A DNA stretch of 64,000 nucleotides from Nannocystis bainbridge (lineage in GTDB: Bacteria > Myxococcota_A > Polyangia > Nannocystales > Nannocystaceae): positions 1,632,001 through 1,696,000 of the forward strand of contig NZ_JAQNDL010000003.1 of the NCBI RefSeq assembly GCF_028368995.1, given 5' to 3'. Below, piece by piece: positions 1 through 10,069 of the stretch. The notes below the pieces were generated by a model that was given only the letters and a program-made list of their open reading frames with translations, did not search any database and was not told the origin of the DNA. Both the position numbers and the translations under genes were made by a program. How positions within the stretch are numbered: the stretch's first letter is position 1; each line of letters opens with the position of its first letter.

Positions 1-558
1 CGCTGGCGGTTCCAGCCGGTGCCCTGCATGCAATGCGAGCACGCCCCGTGCGAGGTCGTGTGCCCCACCGGCGCCACCCAGCACAGCCACGACGGGCTCA
101 ACGACATGACCTACAACCGCTGCTTCGGCACCCGCTATTGCGCCAACAACTGCCCGTACAAGGTCCGGCGCTTCAATTTCTTCGACTACCCCAAGCGCGA
201 CGAGGCCACCCTCCCGCTCCAGCGCAACCCCGACGTCACCGTGCGCACCCGCGGGGTCATGGAGAAGTGCACCTATTGCGTGCAGCGGATCCGCGGGGCC
301 GAGATCGCCGCCCACCGCGAGGGCCGCAGCATGGCCGCCGGCGCCGTCGTCACCGCCTGTCAGGGCGCGTGCCCGGCCCGCGCCATCGAGTTCGGCGACC
401 TCGCGCGGCCCGACGATCCGGTGCTCGCCCTGCGCCGGGACCCTCGCGCCTACGCCCTCCTGGCCGAGTTCGGCACCCGCCCGCGCACCACGTACCTCGC
501 GCGCCTGATCGACCCCAACCCGGCCCTGCGCCCCGCGGCGCCGCCCGAGGAGGACTGA
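1..558 (+). CDS. actB: Alternative complex III Fe-S subunit ActB, C-terminal part (gene starts before window)
   Basis: Frame open from base 1. Ferredoxin-type motifs [36 protein letters not shown] and TACQGACP, plus the C-terminal GTRPRTTYL typical of ActB. Directly upstream of an NrfD-type gene. Confidence 0.9.
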   Translation, partial: RWRFQPVPCMQCEHAPCEVVCPTGATQHSHDGLNDMTYNRCFGTRYCANNCPYKVRRFNFFDYPKRDEATLPLQRNPDVTVRTRGVMEKCTYCVQRIRGAEIAAHREGRSMAAGAVVTACQGACPARAIEFGDLARPDDPVLALRRDPRAYALLAEFGTRPRTTYLARLIDPNPALRPAAPPEED

Positions 559-559
559 C

Positions 560-1912
560 GTGGCGAGCGAGCGCGACGCATCGTGGATCGACGGCGACGC
601 CGACCTCGCCGCGATCAACGACCTCGTGGTCGCCACCGTGCAGTCGCCGCGGACCCGGCGCAGCTGGCTCCGCGCCCTCGCGCTCACCGGCGGAGGCGTG
701 CTCGCCTTGCTCGTCGCCGTGTTCGCCGTGTTCTGGTGGTACGTCGGCATCTGGGGCGTCGACACGCCCGTCTACTGGGGCATCGCCATCACCAACTTCG
801 TCTGGTGGGTCGGCATCGCCCACGCCGGCACCCTCATCAGCGCCATCCTCCTGCTCGCCGGTCAGCCGTGGCGGCGCGCGATCAACCGCTTCGCCGAGGC
901 GATGACCCTGATCGCCATCGCCTGCGCCGGCATGTACCCGCTGCTGCACCTCGGCCGGCCCGAGTTCTTCTACTGGCTGTTGCCGTACCCCAACACCTAC
1001 GGCTACTGGCCGCAATTCCTCAGCCCGCTGGTGTGGGACTTCTTCGCCGTCGCCACCTACGGCGTCACCTCGCTGATGTTCTGGTACATCGGCCTCGTCC
1101 CCGATCTGGCGACCATGCGCGACCGCTCGACCGGCATGCGCGCCCGGATCTACGGCGTCTTCGCGCTCGGCTGGCGCGGCTCGGCGCGCCACTGGGAGCG
1201 CCACCAGACCGCCTATCTGCTGCTCGCCGGCCTCGCCACCGCCCTGGTCGTCTCGGTCCACACGGTCGTCAGCTTCGACTTTGCGATCGCGCAATTGCCC
1301 GGCTGGCACACCACCGTGTTCCCGCCCTACTTCGTCGCCGGCGCGATCTTCAGCGGCTTCGCCATGGTGCTCACCTTGCTGATCCCCGTGCGCGCCTGGC
1401 TCGGCCTGCGCGCCCTCGTCACCGACCGCCACTTCGACCTGTGCGCCCGGCTCATGCTCACCGCCGGCCTCGTCGTCGCCTACGGCTACGCCGCCGAGCT
1501 GTTCTTCGCCTGGTACAGCGGCGACCCGCACGAGCGCGAGCTGCTCGCCAGCCACCTCCACGGCCGCTCCGCCCCGCTGTTCTGGACCCTCATCAGCCTC
1601 AACGTCGTCCTCCCGCAATCGCTGTGGTGGCCGGCCGCCCGGCGCAGCGTCGGCTGGTTGTTCGTGCTGTCGATCCTCATCAACGTCGGCATGTGGCTCG
1701 AGCGCTACTTCATCGTCATCGGCGCGCTCGAGCACGGCCTGTTGCCGACCACGGGCGGCGCTTACTGGCCGACCTTCTGGGACTGGCTCACGTTCGTCGG
1801 CACGCTCGGCTTCTTCGCCTTCTTCATGCTGCTGTTCCTCCGCTTCGTGCCCGCGCTCGCCATGTCCGAGCTGCGCGAGCTCGTCCCCGATCGCCCGCGG
1901 GGGGCCACGTGA
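560..1912 (+). CDS. actC: Alternative complex III quinol-binding membrane subunit ActC (NrfD/PsrC family)
   Basis: About 10 TM helices; motifs WGIAITNFVWWVGIAHAGTLISAIL, INRFAEAMT, SPLVWD and GMWLERY. Confidence 0.93.
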   Translation: MASERDASWIDGDADLAAINDLVVATVQSPRTRRSWLRALALTGGGVLALLVAVFAVFWWYVGIWGVDTPVYWGIAITNFVWWVGIAHAGTLISAILLLAGQPWRRAINRFAEAMTLIAIACAGMYPLLHLGRPEFFYWLLPYPNTYGYWPQFLSPLVWDFFAVATYGVTSLMFWYIGLVPDLATMRDRSTGMRARIYGVFALGWRGSARHWERHQTAYLLLAGLATALVVSVHTVVSFDFAIAQLPGWHTTVFPPYFVAGAIFSGFAMVLTLLIPVRAWLGLRALVTDRHFDLCARLMLTAGLVVAYGYAAELFFAWYSGDPHERELLASHLHGRSAPLFWTLISLNVVLPQSLWWPAARRSVGWLFVLSILINVGMWLERYFIVIGALEHGLLPTTGGAYWPTFWDWLTFVGTLGFFAFFMLLFLRFVPALAMSELRELVPDRPRGAT

Positions 1913-2436
1913 GCCCGCTGCGCGGCCTCCTGGCCGAGTTCTCGTCCGCCGGCGAAGTCCTCGCCGCCGTGCGCGCGGCCCGGCGCGCCGGCTACGTCGC
2001 GCTCGAGGTCTTCAGCCCGTTTCCGATCGAAGGCGTCGCCGCGGCGCTGATGTTTCGCACCCGGCTGTCGCGCCTCACCTTCATCGCCGGCCTGCTCGGC
2101 GGCGCGGCGATCTTCCTGTTCCAGGCGTGGGTGCACGCGATCGACTGGCACCTCGACATCGGCGGTCGGCGGGCCCTCGCCGCCCCTGCCTTCATCGTCC
2201 CGACCTTCGAGGTCACCATCCTCGCCGCCGCGCTCGTCACAGTGTTCGCCATGTTCGTGCGCAACGGCCTGCCGCGCCTGCATCACCCGCTGTTCGCCGT
2301 GCCCGCGTTCGCCCGCGCCAGCCAGGATCGCTTCTTCCTGCTCGTCGGCGCCGAGGACCCACGATTCGACGCCGCCGTGGTGCGCACATTCCTCGCCGGC
2401 CTCGCCCCGCTGGAGGTCCACGATGTCCCGCGCTAG
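1909..2436 (+). CDS. actD: Alternative complex III subunit ActD (DUF3341)
   Basis: GTG at 1909 overlaps the actC stop. Sequence GLLAEF...EVFSPFPIEG...IGGR...FEVTILAA...SQDRFFL matches the DUF3341 pattern. Confidence 0.88.
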   Translation: MSPLRGLLAEFSSAGEVLAAVRAARRAGYVALEVFSPFPIEGVAAALMFRTRLSRLTFIAGLLGGAAIFLFQAWVHAIDWHLDIGGRRALAAPAFIVPTFEVTILAAALVTVFAMFVRNGLPRLHHPLFAVPAFARASQDRFFLLVGAEDPRFDAAVVRTFLAGLAPLEVHDVPR

Positions 2437-2989
2437 CGCTGCCCTCCTGCTGCTCGCCGCGCTCGGCTGCCGCCAGCAGATGCGCGAGCAGGCGCGGCTC
2501 GATCCATACGAAGAGGCCCCGTTCTTCGCCGACGACATGGAGGCCCGCCGCCTGCCCGACGGCGTCGTGCCGCGCGGCCAGGCCCGCCTCGATCGCCACC
2601 TGTGGCAGGGCCGCGCCGCTGACGGTTCGCTCGTCACCGTCTATCCGTTCGCCATCACCCGCGCCGACCTCGTGCGCGGCGAGCAGCGCTACGCCATTCA
2701 TTGCACCCCCTGTCACGGTCGGCTCGGCGAGGGCGACGGCCTCGCCGTCCGGCGCGGCTACCCTGCCCCCATCGCGTTCACCGCCGCCCGCCTGCGCGAC
2801 GCCCCCGTCGGTCACATCTTCGAAGTCATCAGCCAGGGCCGCGCCACCATGCCCGACTACGATCACCTCGAGATCCACGACCGCTGGCGCATCGTCGCCT
2901 GGGTGCAGGTGCTGCAATTGAGCCAGCACGCCCCCGCCGCCGTGCTGGGCGCCGACGACCGCACCCACCTCGTGGAGGCCCTGCCATGA
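2423..2989 (+). CDS. actE: Alternative complex III monoheme cytochrome c lipoprotein ActE
   Basis: Lipobox LAALGC, single CTPCH heme motif, MP distal ligand; operon position. Confidence 0.88.
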   Translation: MSRASAALLLLAALGCRQQMREQARLDPYEEAPFFADDMEARRLPDGVVPRGQARLDRHLWQGRAADGSLVTVYPFAITRADLVRGEQRYAIHCTPCHGRLGEGDGLAVRRGYPAPIAFTAARLRDAPVGHIFEVISQGRATMPDYDHLEIHDRWRIVAWVQVLQLSQHAPAAVLGADDRTHLVEALP

Positions 2990-4056
2990 CCCTGCTGCTC
3001 GGCGCCACCCTCGTGCTCGCCGCCCTCGCCGCCTTCCTCGGTCGCGCCGCGCCGGTCTTCCTCCACGCCTACCTGCTCGCCTGGCTGCTGTGGCTCGGCG
3101 TCGCGCTCGGCGGCTTCGTCTTCCTCTGCGTGCACCACCTCGTGCGCGGTCGCTGGGGCGACATCGTGCGCCCGCTGCTGTCGGCGATGACGCGCACGAT
3201 CCCGCTGCTGGCGCTCCTCTTCCTCCCGATCGTCCTCGACCTCGCGGTCCTCTATCCGTGGACCGACCTCGCGTGGTTGCACGCCGCCCCGCTGCGCGCC
3301 GCCAAGGCCGCCTACTTCGACGCTGCCTTCTTCCTCGCCCGCGCCGTCGTCATCCTCGTCGCCTGGAGCGCCCTCGCCCTGCGCCTCGCCAGGCCGGGAC
3401 GGCGGCCCGGGCTCGCCGCGTTCGCCCTGGTCGTCTTCTTCGTCACCGTCACCTTCGCCGCCGTCGACTGGGTGCTCTCCCTCGACCCCGACACCAGCAC
3501 CAGCGCCTTCGGCCTCGCCCTCGCCACCGGCCACGCCGTCGCCGGCTGGAGCGTCGTCCTCATCGCCGCCGCCTGCCTCCAAGGCCGCAGCGCCCGAGCC
3601 GCCCACATCGCCCCCGAGCGCGCGCAGGAGCTCGGGACCCTGTTGTTCGCCGCCCTGATGCTGTGGGGCTACATCGCCTTCAGCCAGTACCTGCTGGTGT
3701 GGGGCGCCGACCTCCCGCGCGAGGTCGGGTGGTTCTTGCCGCGGCTGCGCGGCACCTGGGGCCTCGTCGCCTGGTCGCTCGTCGGCCTGCACTTCGCGGT
3801 CCCGTTCGTGCTCCTCTTGCAGCGGCCGATCAAGCGCGCCCCCGGCCGCCTCGCCGCCGTCGCGGCCCTGCTGCTGGCCATGCATTACGTCGAGCTGCTG
3901 TGGCTCGTCGTGCCCTCGCGCGCGCTCGCGTTCGGCTGGCTCGACCTCGCCGTGCCGCTCGGCCTCGGCGCGCTGTGGGCCCTCGCCTGTGTGCGGCTGC
4001 TCGGGCGCAGCGGACCGATCGTGGCGGCGCCCGAGGAGGACACCCTGCATGTCTGA
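2986..4056 (+). CDS. actF: Alternative complex III membrane subunit ActF
   Basis: ATG 2986 overlaps the actE stop. Polytopic membrane protein with DWVLSLDP and WGYIAFSQYLLVW...LPRE motifs. Confidence 0.85.
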   Translation: MTLLLGATLVLAALAAFLGRAAPVFLHAYLLAWLLWLGVALGGFVFLCVHHLVRGRWGDIVRPLLSAMTRTIPLLALLFLPIVLDLAVLYPWTDLAWLHAAPLRAAKAAYFDAAFFLARAVVILVAWSALALRLARPGRRPGLAAFALVVFFVTVTFAAVDWVLSLDPDTSTSAFGLALATGHAVAGWSVVLIAAACLQGRSARAAHIAPERAQELGTLLFAALMLWGYIAFSQYLLVWGADLPREVGWFLPRLRGTWGLVAWSLVGLHFAVPFVLLLQRPIKRAPGRLAAVAALLLAMHYVELLWLVVPSRALAFGWLDLAVPLGLGALWALACVRLLGRSGPIVAAPEEDTLHV

Positions 4057-4411
4057 AGCTCGCCGCGAATGTGAGGACCTCACCGATCACCGCCGCGGCT
4101 TGCGGAGCGCCGGCGGCATCGTCCTATTGTTGCTCATCGCCGCGTTCATCGTCGCCGGCGCCGCCGCGCGGGTGTTCGGCCCCGCCCCGAGCGAGGGCCG
4201 CGAGGGCGCCCTGCCCATCGACCCGCTGCGTCGACTGCGAGCCGGCGCCGAGGCCGAATGGTCGGCCCGCGCCCATGCCTGGCAATGGCTCGACCCGGGT
4301 CACAAGGTCGCGCAGATCCCCGTCGAGCGGGCCGCCGACCTCATGCTCGAGCGCGGCTTCCCCATCCGGCGCCGACCCGCCGGGCCCGTGACTGCGAGGA
4401 CCTGGCCATGA
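4049..4411 (+). CDS. Small single-TM protein, ActG-like accessory subunit
   Basis: One TM segment, C-terminal W.D...AQIPVERA motif, position after actF, overlapping starts and stops. Confidence 0.65.
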   Translation: MSEARRECEDLTDHRRGLRSAGGIVLLLLIAAFIVAGAAARVFGPAPSEGREGALPIDPLRRLRAGAEAEWSARAHAWQWLDPGHKVAQIPVERAADLMLERGFPIRRRPAGPVTARTWP

Positions 4412-5373
4412 GCCTCCCGTTCGAACTGATGCCCGCGGCCGCCAGCACCACCAGCGACGCCGTCGACCTCGTCGCCCTCCTGGTCTTCGCGATCATCGGC
4501 CTCGTCAGCCTCGGCGTCATCGTGGCGATGGTGTGGATCGTCGTGCGCGACCGTCGCAGGCCTGGCAACCTCACCGGCCGCGGTCACCACACTGCCACCA
4601 TTTGGCGGACCGAGTTCCTCTTTTGTGGCCTCACCGGCGCCGTGTTCCTCGGCCTCTTCACCCTCGGCGCCGTCGTCTTCGACGGCCTCGCCCGCGTCCC
4701 CGCCGACGCCGACGCGCTCGACGTCAGCGTCACCGCCAAGCGGTGGATGTGGTCCTTTCAGCACCCTGGCGGCCGCCGCGAGCTCTCGCAATTGCACGTC
4801 CCCGCCGGTCGCGCCGTCCGCCTCCACCTCGCCAGCGAGGACGTGATCCACAGCTTCTACGTCCCGGCCTTCCGGCTCAAGCAGGACGTCGTGCCCGGCT
4901 GGCAGCGCACCGCCTGGTTCCGCGCCACCGCCCCCGGCACCTACGCCCTCGCGTGCGCCGAGTACTGCGGCACCGAGCACGCCCTCATGCGCGCCGAGGT
5001 CGTGGTGATGCCGCCGCACGTCTACGATCATTGGCTCGCCCAGGGCGACGACGAGCGCCCGCCGCTGGTCGCCGCCGGTCGGGCGCTGTTCGAGCGCCTC
5101 GACTGCGGCGCCTGTCACGAATCACACCAGCGCCGCCGCGCCCCGCCGCTCGAGGGCCTCTACGGCCGCACCGTGGCCCTGCGCGACGGCGGCAGCGTGC
5201 TCGCCGACGACGATTATATCCGCCGCAGCATCCTCCGCCCCGACGCCGACATCGTCGCCGACTACCAGAGCGGCGTCATGCCGACCTACGCCGGCCTCGT
5301 CGACGACGACGAGCTGTTGCTGCTCGTCGCCTACGTCCGCTCGCTCGCCGCGGCCGAAGGAGTGAGCCCATGA
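4408..5373 (+). CDS. coxB: Cytochrome c oxidase subunit II with C-terminal cytochrome c (caa3 type)
   Basis: Two TMs, DVIHSF, CuA motif [12 protein letters not shown], fused CGACH heme c domain. Confidence 0.93.
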   Translation: MSLPFELMPAAASTTSDAVDLVALLVFAIIGLVSLGVIVAMVWIVVRDRRRPGNLTGRGHHTATIWRTEFLFCGLTGAVFLGLFTLGAVVFDGLARVPADADALDVSVTAKRWMWSFQHPGGRRELSQLHVPAGRAVRLHLASEDVIHSFYVPAFRLKQDVVPGWQRTAWFRATAPGTYALACAEYCGTEHALMRAEVVVMPPHVYDHWLAQGDDERPPLVAAGRALFERLDCGACHESHQRRRAPPLEGLYGRTVALRDGGSVLADDDYIRRSILRPDADIVADYQSGVMPTYAGLVDDDELLLLVAYVRSLAAAEGVSP

Positions 5374-6953
5374 AGTCGTGGCTGACCACCACCGATCACA
5401 AGCGCATCGCCCTGCTCTACCTCGGCACGATGACGCTCTTCTTCACCCTCGGCGGCCTGCTCGCCACCGTCCTGCGCGTCGAGCTCGCCACCCCCGCCTC
5501 CGACCTCGTCGCCGCCGACACCTACAACCGCCTATTCACGCTGCACGGCGTGATCATGGTGTTCTTCTTCCTGATCCCCTCGATCCCGACCTTCCTCGGC
5601 AACTACCTCCTGCCGCTGATGCTCGGCGCGCCCGACCTCGCCTTCCCGCGGCTCAACCTCGCCAGCTGGTACGTGTTCGTCGCCGGCGGCTTGCTCACCT
5701 TGACCGCCATGATCGCCGGCGGCCTCGACACCGGCTGGACCTTCTACACCCCCTATTCGACCGTCTTCAGCGACTCGCACGTCGTGCTCGCCGTGCTCGG
5801 GGTGTTCCTCGCCGGCCTCTCGTCGGTGTTCACCGGCATCAACTTCATCGTCACGATCCACCGCCTGCGCGCCCCCGGCCTGACCTGGCTGCGCCTGCCG
5901 CTGTTCGTCTGGTCGCTCTACGCCACCTCGCTGATCCTCGTGCTGGCGACCCCGGTGCTGGCGATGACCCTGCTGCTGGTGGCGATCGAGCGCGGCCTGC
6001 AGATCGGCATCTTCGACCCCGCGACCGGCGGCAGCCCGCTGCTGTTCCAGCATTTCTTCTGGTTCTACTCGCACCCCGCCGTCTACATCATGATCTTGCC
6101 GGGCATGGGCGTGATCAGCGAGGTCATCCCCTGCTTCTCGCGCAACCGCCCGTTCGGCTACGCCTTCGTGGCCGCCTCGAGCCTGGCGATCGCCGTGTTC
6201 GGCTTCCTCGTGTGGGGCCACCACATGTTCGTCGCCGGCCAGTCGTACTTCGCCAGCGTGGTGTTCTCGTTCCTGTCGTTCGCCGTCGCCGTCCCGAGCG
6301 GCGTCAAGGTGTTCAGCTGGCTCGGCACCATGCACCGCGGCGCGATCTGGCTGACCACGCCGATGATCTACGCGCTCGGCTTCATCGCCCTGTTCACCGT
6401 CGGCGGCGGCACCGGCCTCGCGCTCGCCACCCTCGCTCTCGACGTCCACCTCCACGACACTTACTTCGTCGTCGCTCACTTTCACACGATCATGGTCGGC
6501 GGCATGCTCATGGCTTACCTCGGCGGCCTGCATTTCTGGTGGCCGAAGATCAGCGGCCGCCTCTACTCCGAGCGCTGGGGCCGGATCGCCGCCTACATCC
6601 TGCTCGTCGGCTTCCTGCTGACCTTCTTGCCGCAATTCATCCTCGGCACCCAGGGCCTGCCGCGGCGCACCGCCTCGTATCCGCCCGAGTATCAATTTTT
6701 ACAGGGCCTGTCGTCCGCCGGCGCGACCATCCTCGCCGTCGGCTACGTGCTGCCCGCGATCTACCTGCTCGCGTCCCTGGTCCGCGGAAGGCCCGCCGGC
6801 GACAACCCGTGGGGGGCGACCGGCCTCGAATGGCAGACCACCTCCCCGCCGCCTCCGCACAATTTCCTCGATCAGGGCACCCTCGTCGTCGGCGACCCCT
6901 ACGATTATCCCAACGCCCCGCAACCGACGATCGCCGGAGCCGGCGATGTCTAA
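5370..6953 (+). CDS. coxA: Cytochrome c oxidase subunit I, A2-type
   Basis: [22 protein letters not shown] (YS motif of the A2 subfamily), [17 protein letters not shown]. Confidence 0.96.
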   Translation: MKSWLTTTDHKRIALLYLGTMTLFFTLGGLLATVLRVELATPASDLVAADTYNRLFTLHGVIMVFFFLIPSIPTFLGNYLLPLMLGAPDLAFPRLNLASWYVFVAGGLLTLTAMIAGGLDTGWTFYTPYSTVFSDSHVVLAVLGVFLAGLSSVFTGINFIVTIHRLRAPGLTWLRLPLFVWSLYATSLILVLATPVLAMTLLLVAIERGLQIGIFDPATGGSPLLFQHFFWFYSHPAVYIMILPGMGVISEVIPCFSRNRPFGYAFVAASSLAIAVFGFLVWGHHMFVAGQSYFASVVFSFLSFAVAVPSGVKVFSWLGTMHRGAIWLTTPMIYALGFIALFTVGGGTGLALATLALDVHLHDTYFVVAHFHTIMVGGMLMAYLGGLHFWWPKISGRLYSERWGRIAAYILLVGFLLTFLPQFILGTQGLPRRTASYPPEYQFLQGLSSAGATILAVGYVLPAIYLLASLVRGRPAGDNPWGATGLEWQTTSPPPPHNFLDQGTLVVGDPYDYPNAPQPTIAGAGDV

Positions 6954-7050
6954 CTCGCGCGCCCCCTCGGCCCCCGCGAGCGGAGCCGGCGATGTCGAGA
7001 GCTCCCGCGATACCTCGCGGTTGCCCACCGCGAGCGGAGCCGGCCATGCC
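6935..7050 (+). repeat. Three copies of a CGGAGCCGGC(G/C)ATG RBS+start module between coxA and coxC
   Basis: Copies at 6935-6950, 6981-6996 and 7035-7050; ATGs at 6946, 6992 and 7046. Confidence 0.75.
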
Positions 7051-7684
7051 TGAGGCCGTGCGCGAGCCCTTCACCGACCTCGCCCACCAGCGCGACGCCG
7101 TCGCGCTCGGCATGTGGGCCTTCCTCGGCCAGGAGGTGCTGTTCTTCGGCGTTTTATTCGTGCTCTACACCAGCCTGCGCGTGCGCCACCCCGAGCTGTT
7201 CGCCGCCTTCGGCCCGCTCCTCGACTGGCGCCTGGCCACGGTCATGACCGTCGCGCTGTTGCTCAGCAGCTTCACCATGGCGCTCGCGGTCCGCTTCGCC
7301 TTCACCCGCGTGCGCGGCCGGCTGGTCTTCACATTGCTCGCGACGATGATCCTCGGCGCCGCCTTCCTGACCATGAAGGGCTGGGAATACGCGCACCACC
7401 TCGCCCGCGGCGAGACGCCGATCGTCGACCTCGCTGACACCCTCGCCGCCGGCCCCGGCATGGCGACCTTCTTCGGCCTCTACTTCGTGCTGACCGGCTT
7501 CCACGCCCTGCACGTGCTCGGCGGCCTGGTCGCGCTCGCCTGGCTGACCCTCGCCGCCTGGCGCACGCCCGCGAGCGACCTGCGCGGCTCCCCCGTCATG
7601 GCAGTCGGCCTCTACTGGCACTTCGTCGACATCGTGTGGCTGTTCCTGTTCCCGGCCCTGTACCTGGCGGCGAGGCCGACATGA
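7046..7684 (+). CDS. coxC: Cytochrome c oxidase subunit III
   Basis: LGMWAFLGQEVLFFG, TGFHALHV, GLYWHFVDIVW. Alternative in-frame start at 6992. Confidence 0.92.
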   Translation: MPEAVREPFTDLAHQRDAVALGMWAFLGQEVLFFGVLFVLYTSLRVRHPELFAAFGPLLDWRLATVMTVALLLSSFTMALAVRFAFTRVRGRLVFTLLATMILGAAFLTMKGWEYAHHLARGETPIVDLADTLAAGPGMATFFGLYFVLTGFHALHVLGGLVALAWLTLAAWRTPASDLRGSPVMAVGLYWHFVDIVWLFLFPALYLAARPT

Positions 7685-7983
7685 ACCACCACCACCAAGA
7701 CATCCCCGCCCCGACCCTCGGCGCCGCGTCGCTCGTCCTGCTCGCCCTGCTGGCCCTGACCGCCGCCACCGTCGGCCTCGCGCTGCTCGAGCTCTCGCCG
7801 GCCGTGCACGTCGCCACCGCGATGACGATCGCCGCCCTCAAGGCGGCCCTCGTCGCCGCCGTGTTCATGCACCTGCCGCGCGAGGCCGCCGCGACCCGCC
7901 TGCTGGCGCTGGTCGCCGCGGCCCTGCTGGCGATCCTGCTGATGATGGTGACCGTCGACATCCGCCACCTGGGCGGCGGGTGA
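7681..7983 (+). CDS. coxD: Cytochrome c oxidase subunit IV (caa3 type)
   Basis: Three TMs with KAALVAAVFMHL motif; ATGA overlap with coxC. Confidence 0.85.
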   Translation: MNHHHQDIPAPTLGAASLVLLALLALTAATVGLALLELSPAVHVATAMTIAALKAALVAAVFMHLPREAAATRLLALVAAALLAILLMMVTVDIRHLGGG

Positions 7984-8044
7984 ACACCTGCACGATGTCG
8001 AACACGTCGATGAACGATTCGCCGTCTCGAGCTCGCGGTCGTCC

Positions 8045-8761
8045 TCAGCGCCCCGACTCCGCGAGCGTGAGCGCGAGCGCGTACAGGTCGTTATCCGACA
8101 GGGTTACGAACGACAACAGCTGCTGCAGCGCCTCCCCGCGGGTGAACCCGAGGACAGCCAGCGAACCCAGCACCGCGACCTCTGGACTCACCGTGAACAC
8201 CGAGAACGCGATGTAGATCCCCTCGATCGGCCCCTGCAGCTCGCGCAGGGTCAGCTCGTGGCGGTGTGCGTCGATCCACGCGACCACGCGACCCGGCACC
8301 TCGCGCAGCTGCGCCTCGTCCTGGCGCACCGCCTGGCCGATGAGGCGCGCCAGGTGCAGCTCGCCGTGGGTCAGCTCGCGGACCAGCTGGCGCTGGCGGC
8401 GGAGGCTCTCGTAGCTGTCGCGGACCACGTAGTCCGGGCTTCGCACCACCCGCTGCGGCAGCGCGTCCGTGCCGTCCACTGCCAGCGCCGGGACCCCGAA
8501 TTCCGCCGCCAGATCGACGATGTGCGGGCGCATCCGCGGCCGCTCGCCGATGAGCTCGACGAAAAATTCGCGGTCGATGAGGCCGTTCCGGCTCAGCACC
8601 GTGACGACCCCGTGCGACAGCAATTCGTGCGTGATGCCCTCGCCCGGCAATTGCGAAGTGACCCGCTTGCCGTACAAATTGGTGACGAAGCGGCGCAGCT
8701 CGGCGGAGTCCATCACCTCCTGGAACAGTCCTTCGAGGCGCTTCAACAGACTGGGTTGCAT
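8045..8761 (-). CDS. Hypothetical protein with N-terminal effector-associated (EAD-like) helical domain
   Basis: ATG at 8761 preceded by GAGGA. The N-terminus (LFQE...ELRRFV...QLPG...LSRNGLIDREFF.EL..ERPR) resembles an internal segment of the 53237 protein. Confidence 0.6.
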   Translation of the reverse strand: MQPSLLKRLEGLFQEVMDSAELRRFVTNLYGKRVTSQLPGEGITHELLSHGVVTVLSRNGLIDREFFVELIGERPRMRPHIVDLAAEFGVPALAVDGTDALPQRVVRSPDYVVRDSYESLRRQRQLVRELTHGELHLARLIGQAVRQDEAQLREVPGRVVAWIDAHRHELTLRELQGPIEGIYIAFSVFTVSPEVAVLGSLAVLGFTRGEALQQLLSFVTLSDNDLYALALTLAESGR

Positions 8762-8874
8762 GAGTTCCTCCGCACCAAGGTGCGGACCGCCACCCGCGAC
8801 GATCACCTCGACCAATATCTTGGAGACGGCAGCCCCAGATGACTCCCGCGGTGCGCCGCGCTATTCTGCGCCTC

Positions 8875-9957
8875 GTGCCGCGCCTCGCCAGCCTCGCCGC
8901 CCTCCTCGCCCTCGCCGCGTGCAACGGCGGCGGCGGCCAGGAGATGGTCTTCGGCACGAGCATCACCGCGACCCCGATGGGGACCACCTCGAGCGGCTCG
9001 AGCACCTCGACCTCGACCACCTCGGCCGAGTCCTCGACTTCGACGAGCGCCGACATCTCGAGCAGCTCCGCCAGCTCGACCGGCACCAGCGGCGCCATCC
9101 CCGACCTCGGCCTGATCCCCGACGGCGGCGACGGCCCGCCGCCCGGCTGCAAGGGCAAGGTCGACTTCCTGTTCACCATCAGCAGCCATCCGACGATGGA
9201 GATCAAGCAAGCGCGGCTGAAGGCCAGCTTCCCGGGCTTCATGGCCACCCTCGAGAGCGAGTTCGCGGACTTCGACTATCACATCCTCTCTTCCAACACG
9301 TCGGGCCTCTGGGGTTATCCGAGCTGTGTAGGCTGCCAGGACGTCTGCGCCGAACTGCCCGAGTACCCGTGCGGGACTTCGCCGGAGCCCTGCGACTCCA
9401 TCCGCGGCGCGGGCGTCACCTACCCGATCGGCAAGCACGCCAGCAACCAGCGCTGCGAGCTCGCCAGCGGCCTCCGCTACATCACCGCCGGTCAGCCGAT
9501 GATCGAGGATGCCTTCACCTGCATCGCGTCGATGGGCACCAACGGCGCCGACGGCGTCGCCGAGACCACCGTCCTCGCGCTCGCGGACGACCTCGACGCG
9601 CCCGGCGCCTGCAATGAAGGCTTCCTCCGCGAGGATGCGCTGCTCGTCGTCGTCGCCATCCAGGACACCTATGACCAGGGCAGCCAGGGCACCGCGGAGG
9701 ACTGGCGCGACGCGCTTGTCGAGGCGAAGGGCGGTGACGCCGACGCGGTGGTCCTGCTCGTGATCTCGACCGACAAGGACGAGCCTCAGGGACTGTGCGG
9801 ATACCATCCAGGCACTGAACACGAGCTCCGCACGTGGACCGAACTCATGCAGCCGAATGCCCTGTTCGGCTCGATCTGTGCCGAAGGTTACGACGACTAC
9901 TTCGCCACCGTGGCTAAGATGATCAAGTCGCAGTGTGACGTGTTCGTGCCCCAGTGA
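8875..9957 (+). CDS. Myxobacterial lipoprotein with Ser/Thr stalk and vWA-like domain (paralogue 1)
   Basis: Lipobox LALAAC, S/T linker, GCKGKVDFLFTISSHPTM, GFLREDALLVVVAIQD. Start uncertain (8839 ATG or 8875 GTG). Confidence 0.75.
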   Translation: MPRLASLAALLALAACNGGGGQEMVFGTSITATPMGTTSSGSSTSTSTTSAESSTSTSADISSSSASSTGTSGAIPDLGLIPDGGDGPPPGCKGKVDFLFTISSHPTMEIKQARLKASFPGFMATLESEFADFDYHILSSNTSGLWGYPSCVGCQDVCAELPEYPCGTSPEPCDSIRGAGVTYPIGKHASNQRCELASGLRYITAGQPMIEDAFTCIASMGTNGADGVAETTVLALADDLDAPGACNEGFLREDALLVVVAIQDTYDQGSQGTAEDWRDALVEAKGGDADAVVLLVISTDKDEPQGLCGYHPGTEHELRTWTELMQPNALFGSICAEGYDDYFATVAKMIKSQCDVFVPQ

Positions 9958-10069
9958 CAGCCAAGGGGCTGCTCGTCCTCCGGCCCACCAGTGGACGTGG
10001 GCTCACCAACACAATGGTATCGTGGCGTGGAGCATGACACGTTCGGCGGGCTACGCTATCTTTCGCTTC

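Noticed and set aside
4533-7045. Long N-terminal extensions of coxA and coxC in the ORF track, suggesting fusions
   Set aside because: Homology starts at 5370 and about 7046 with RBS or overlap signals; the extensions are off-frame readings of upstream genes.
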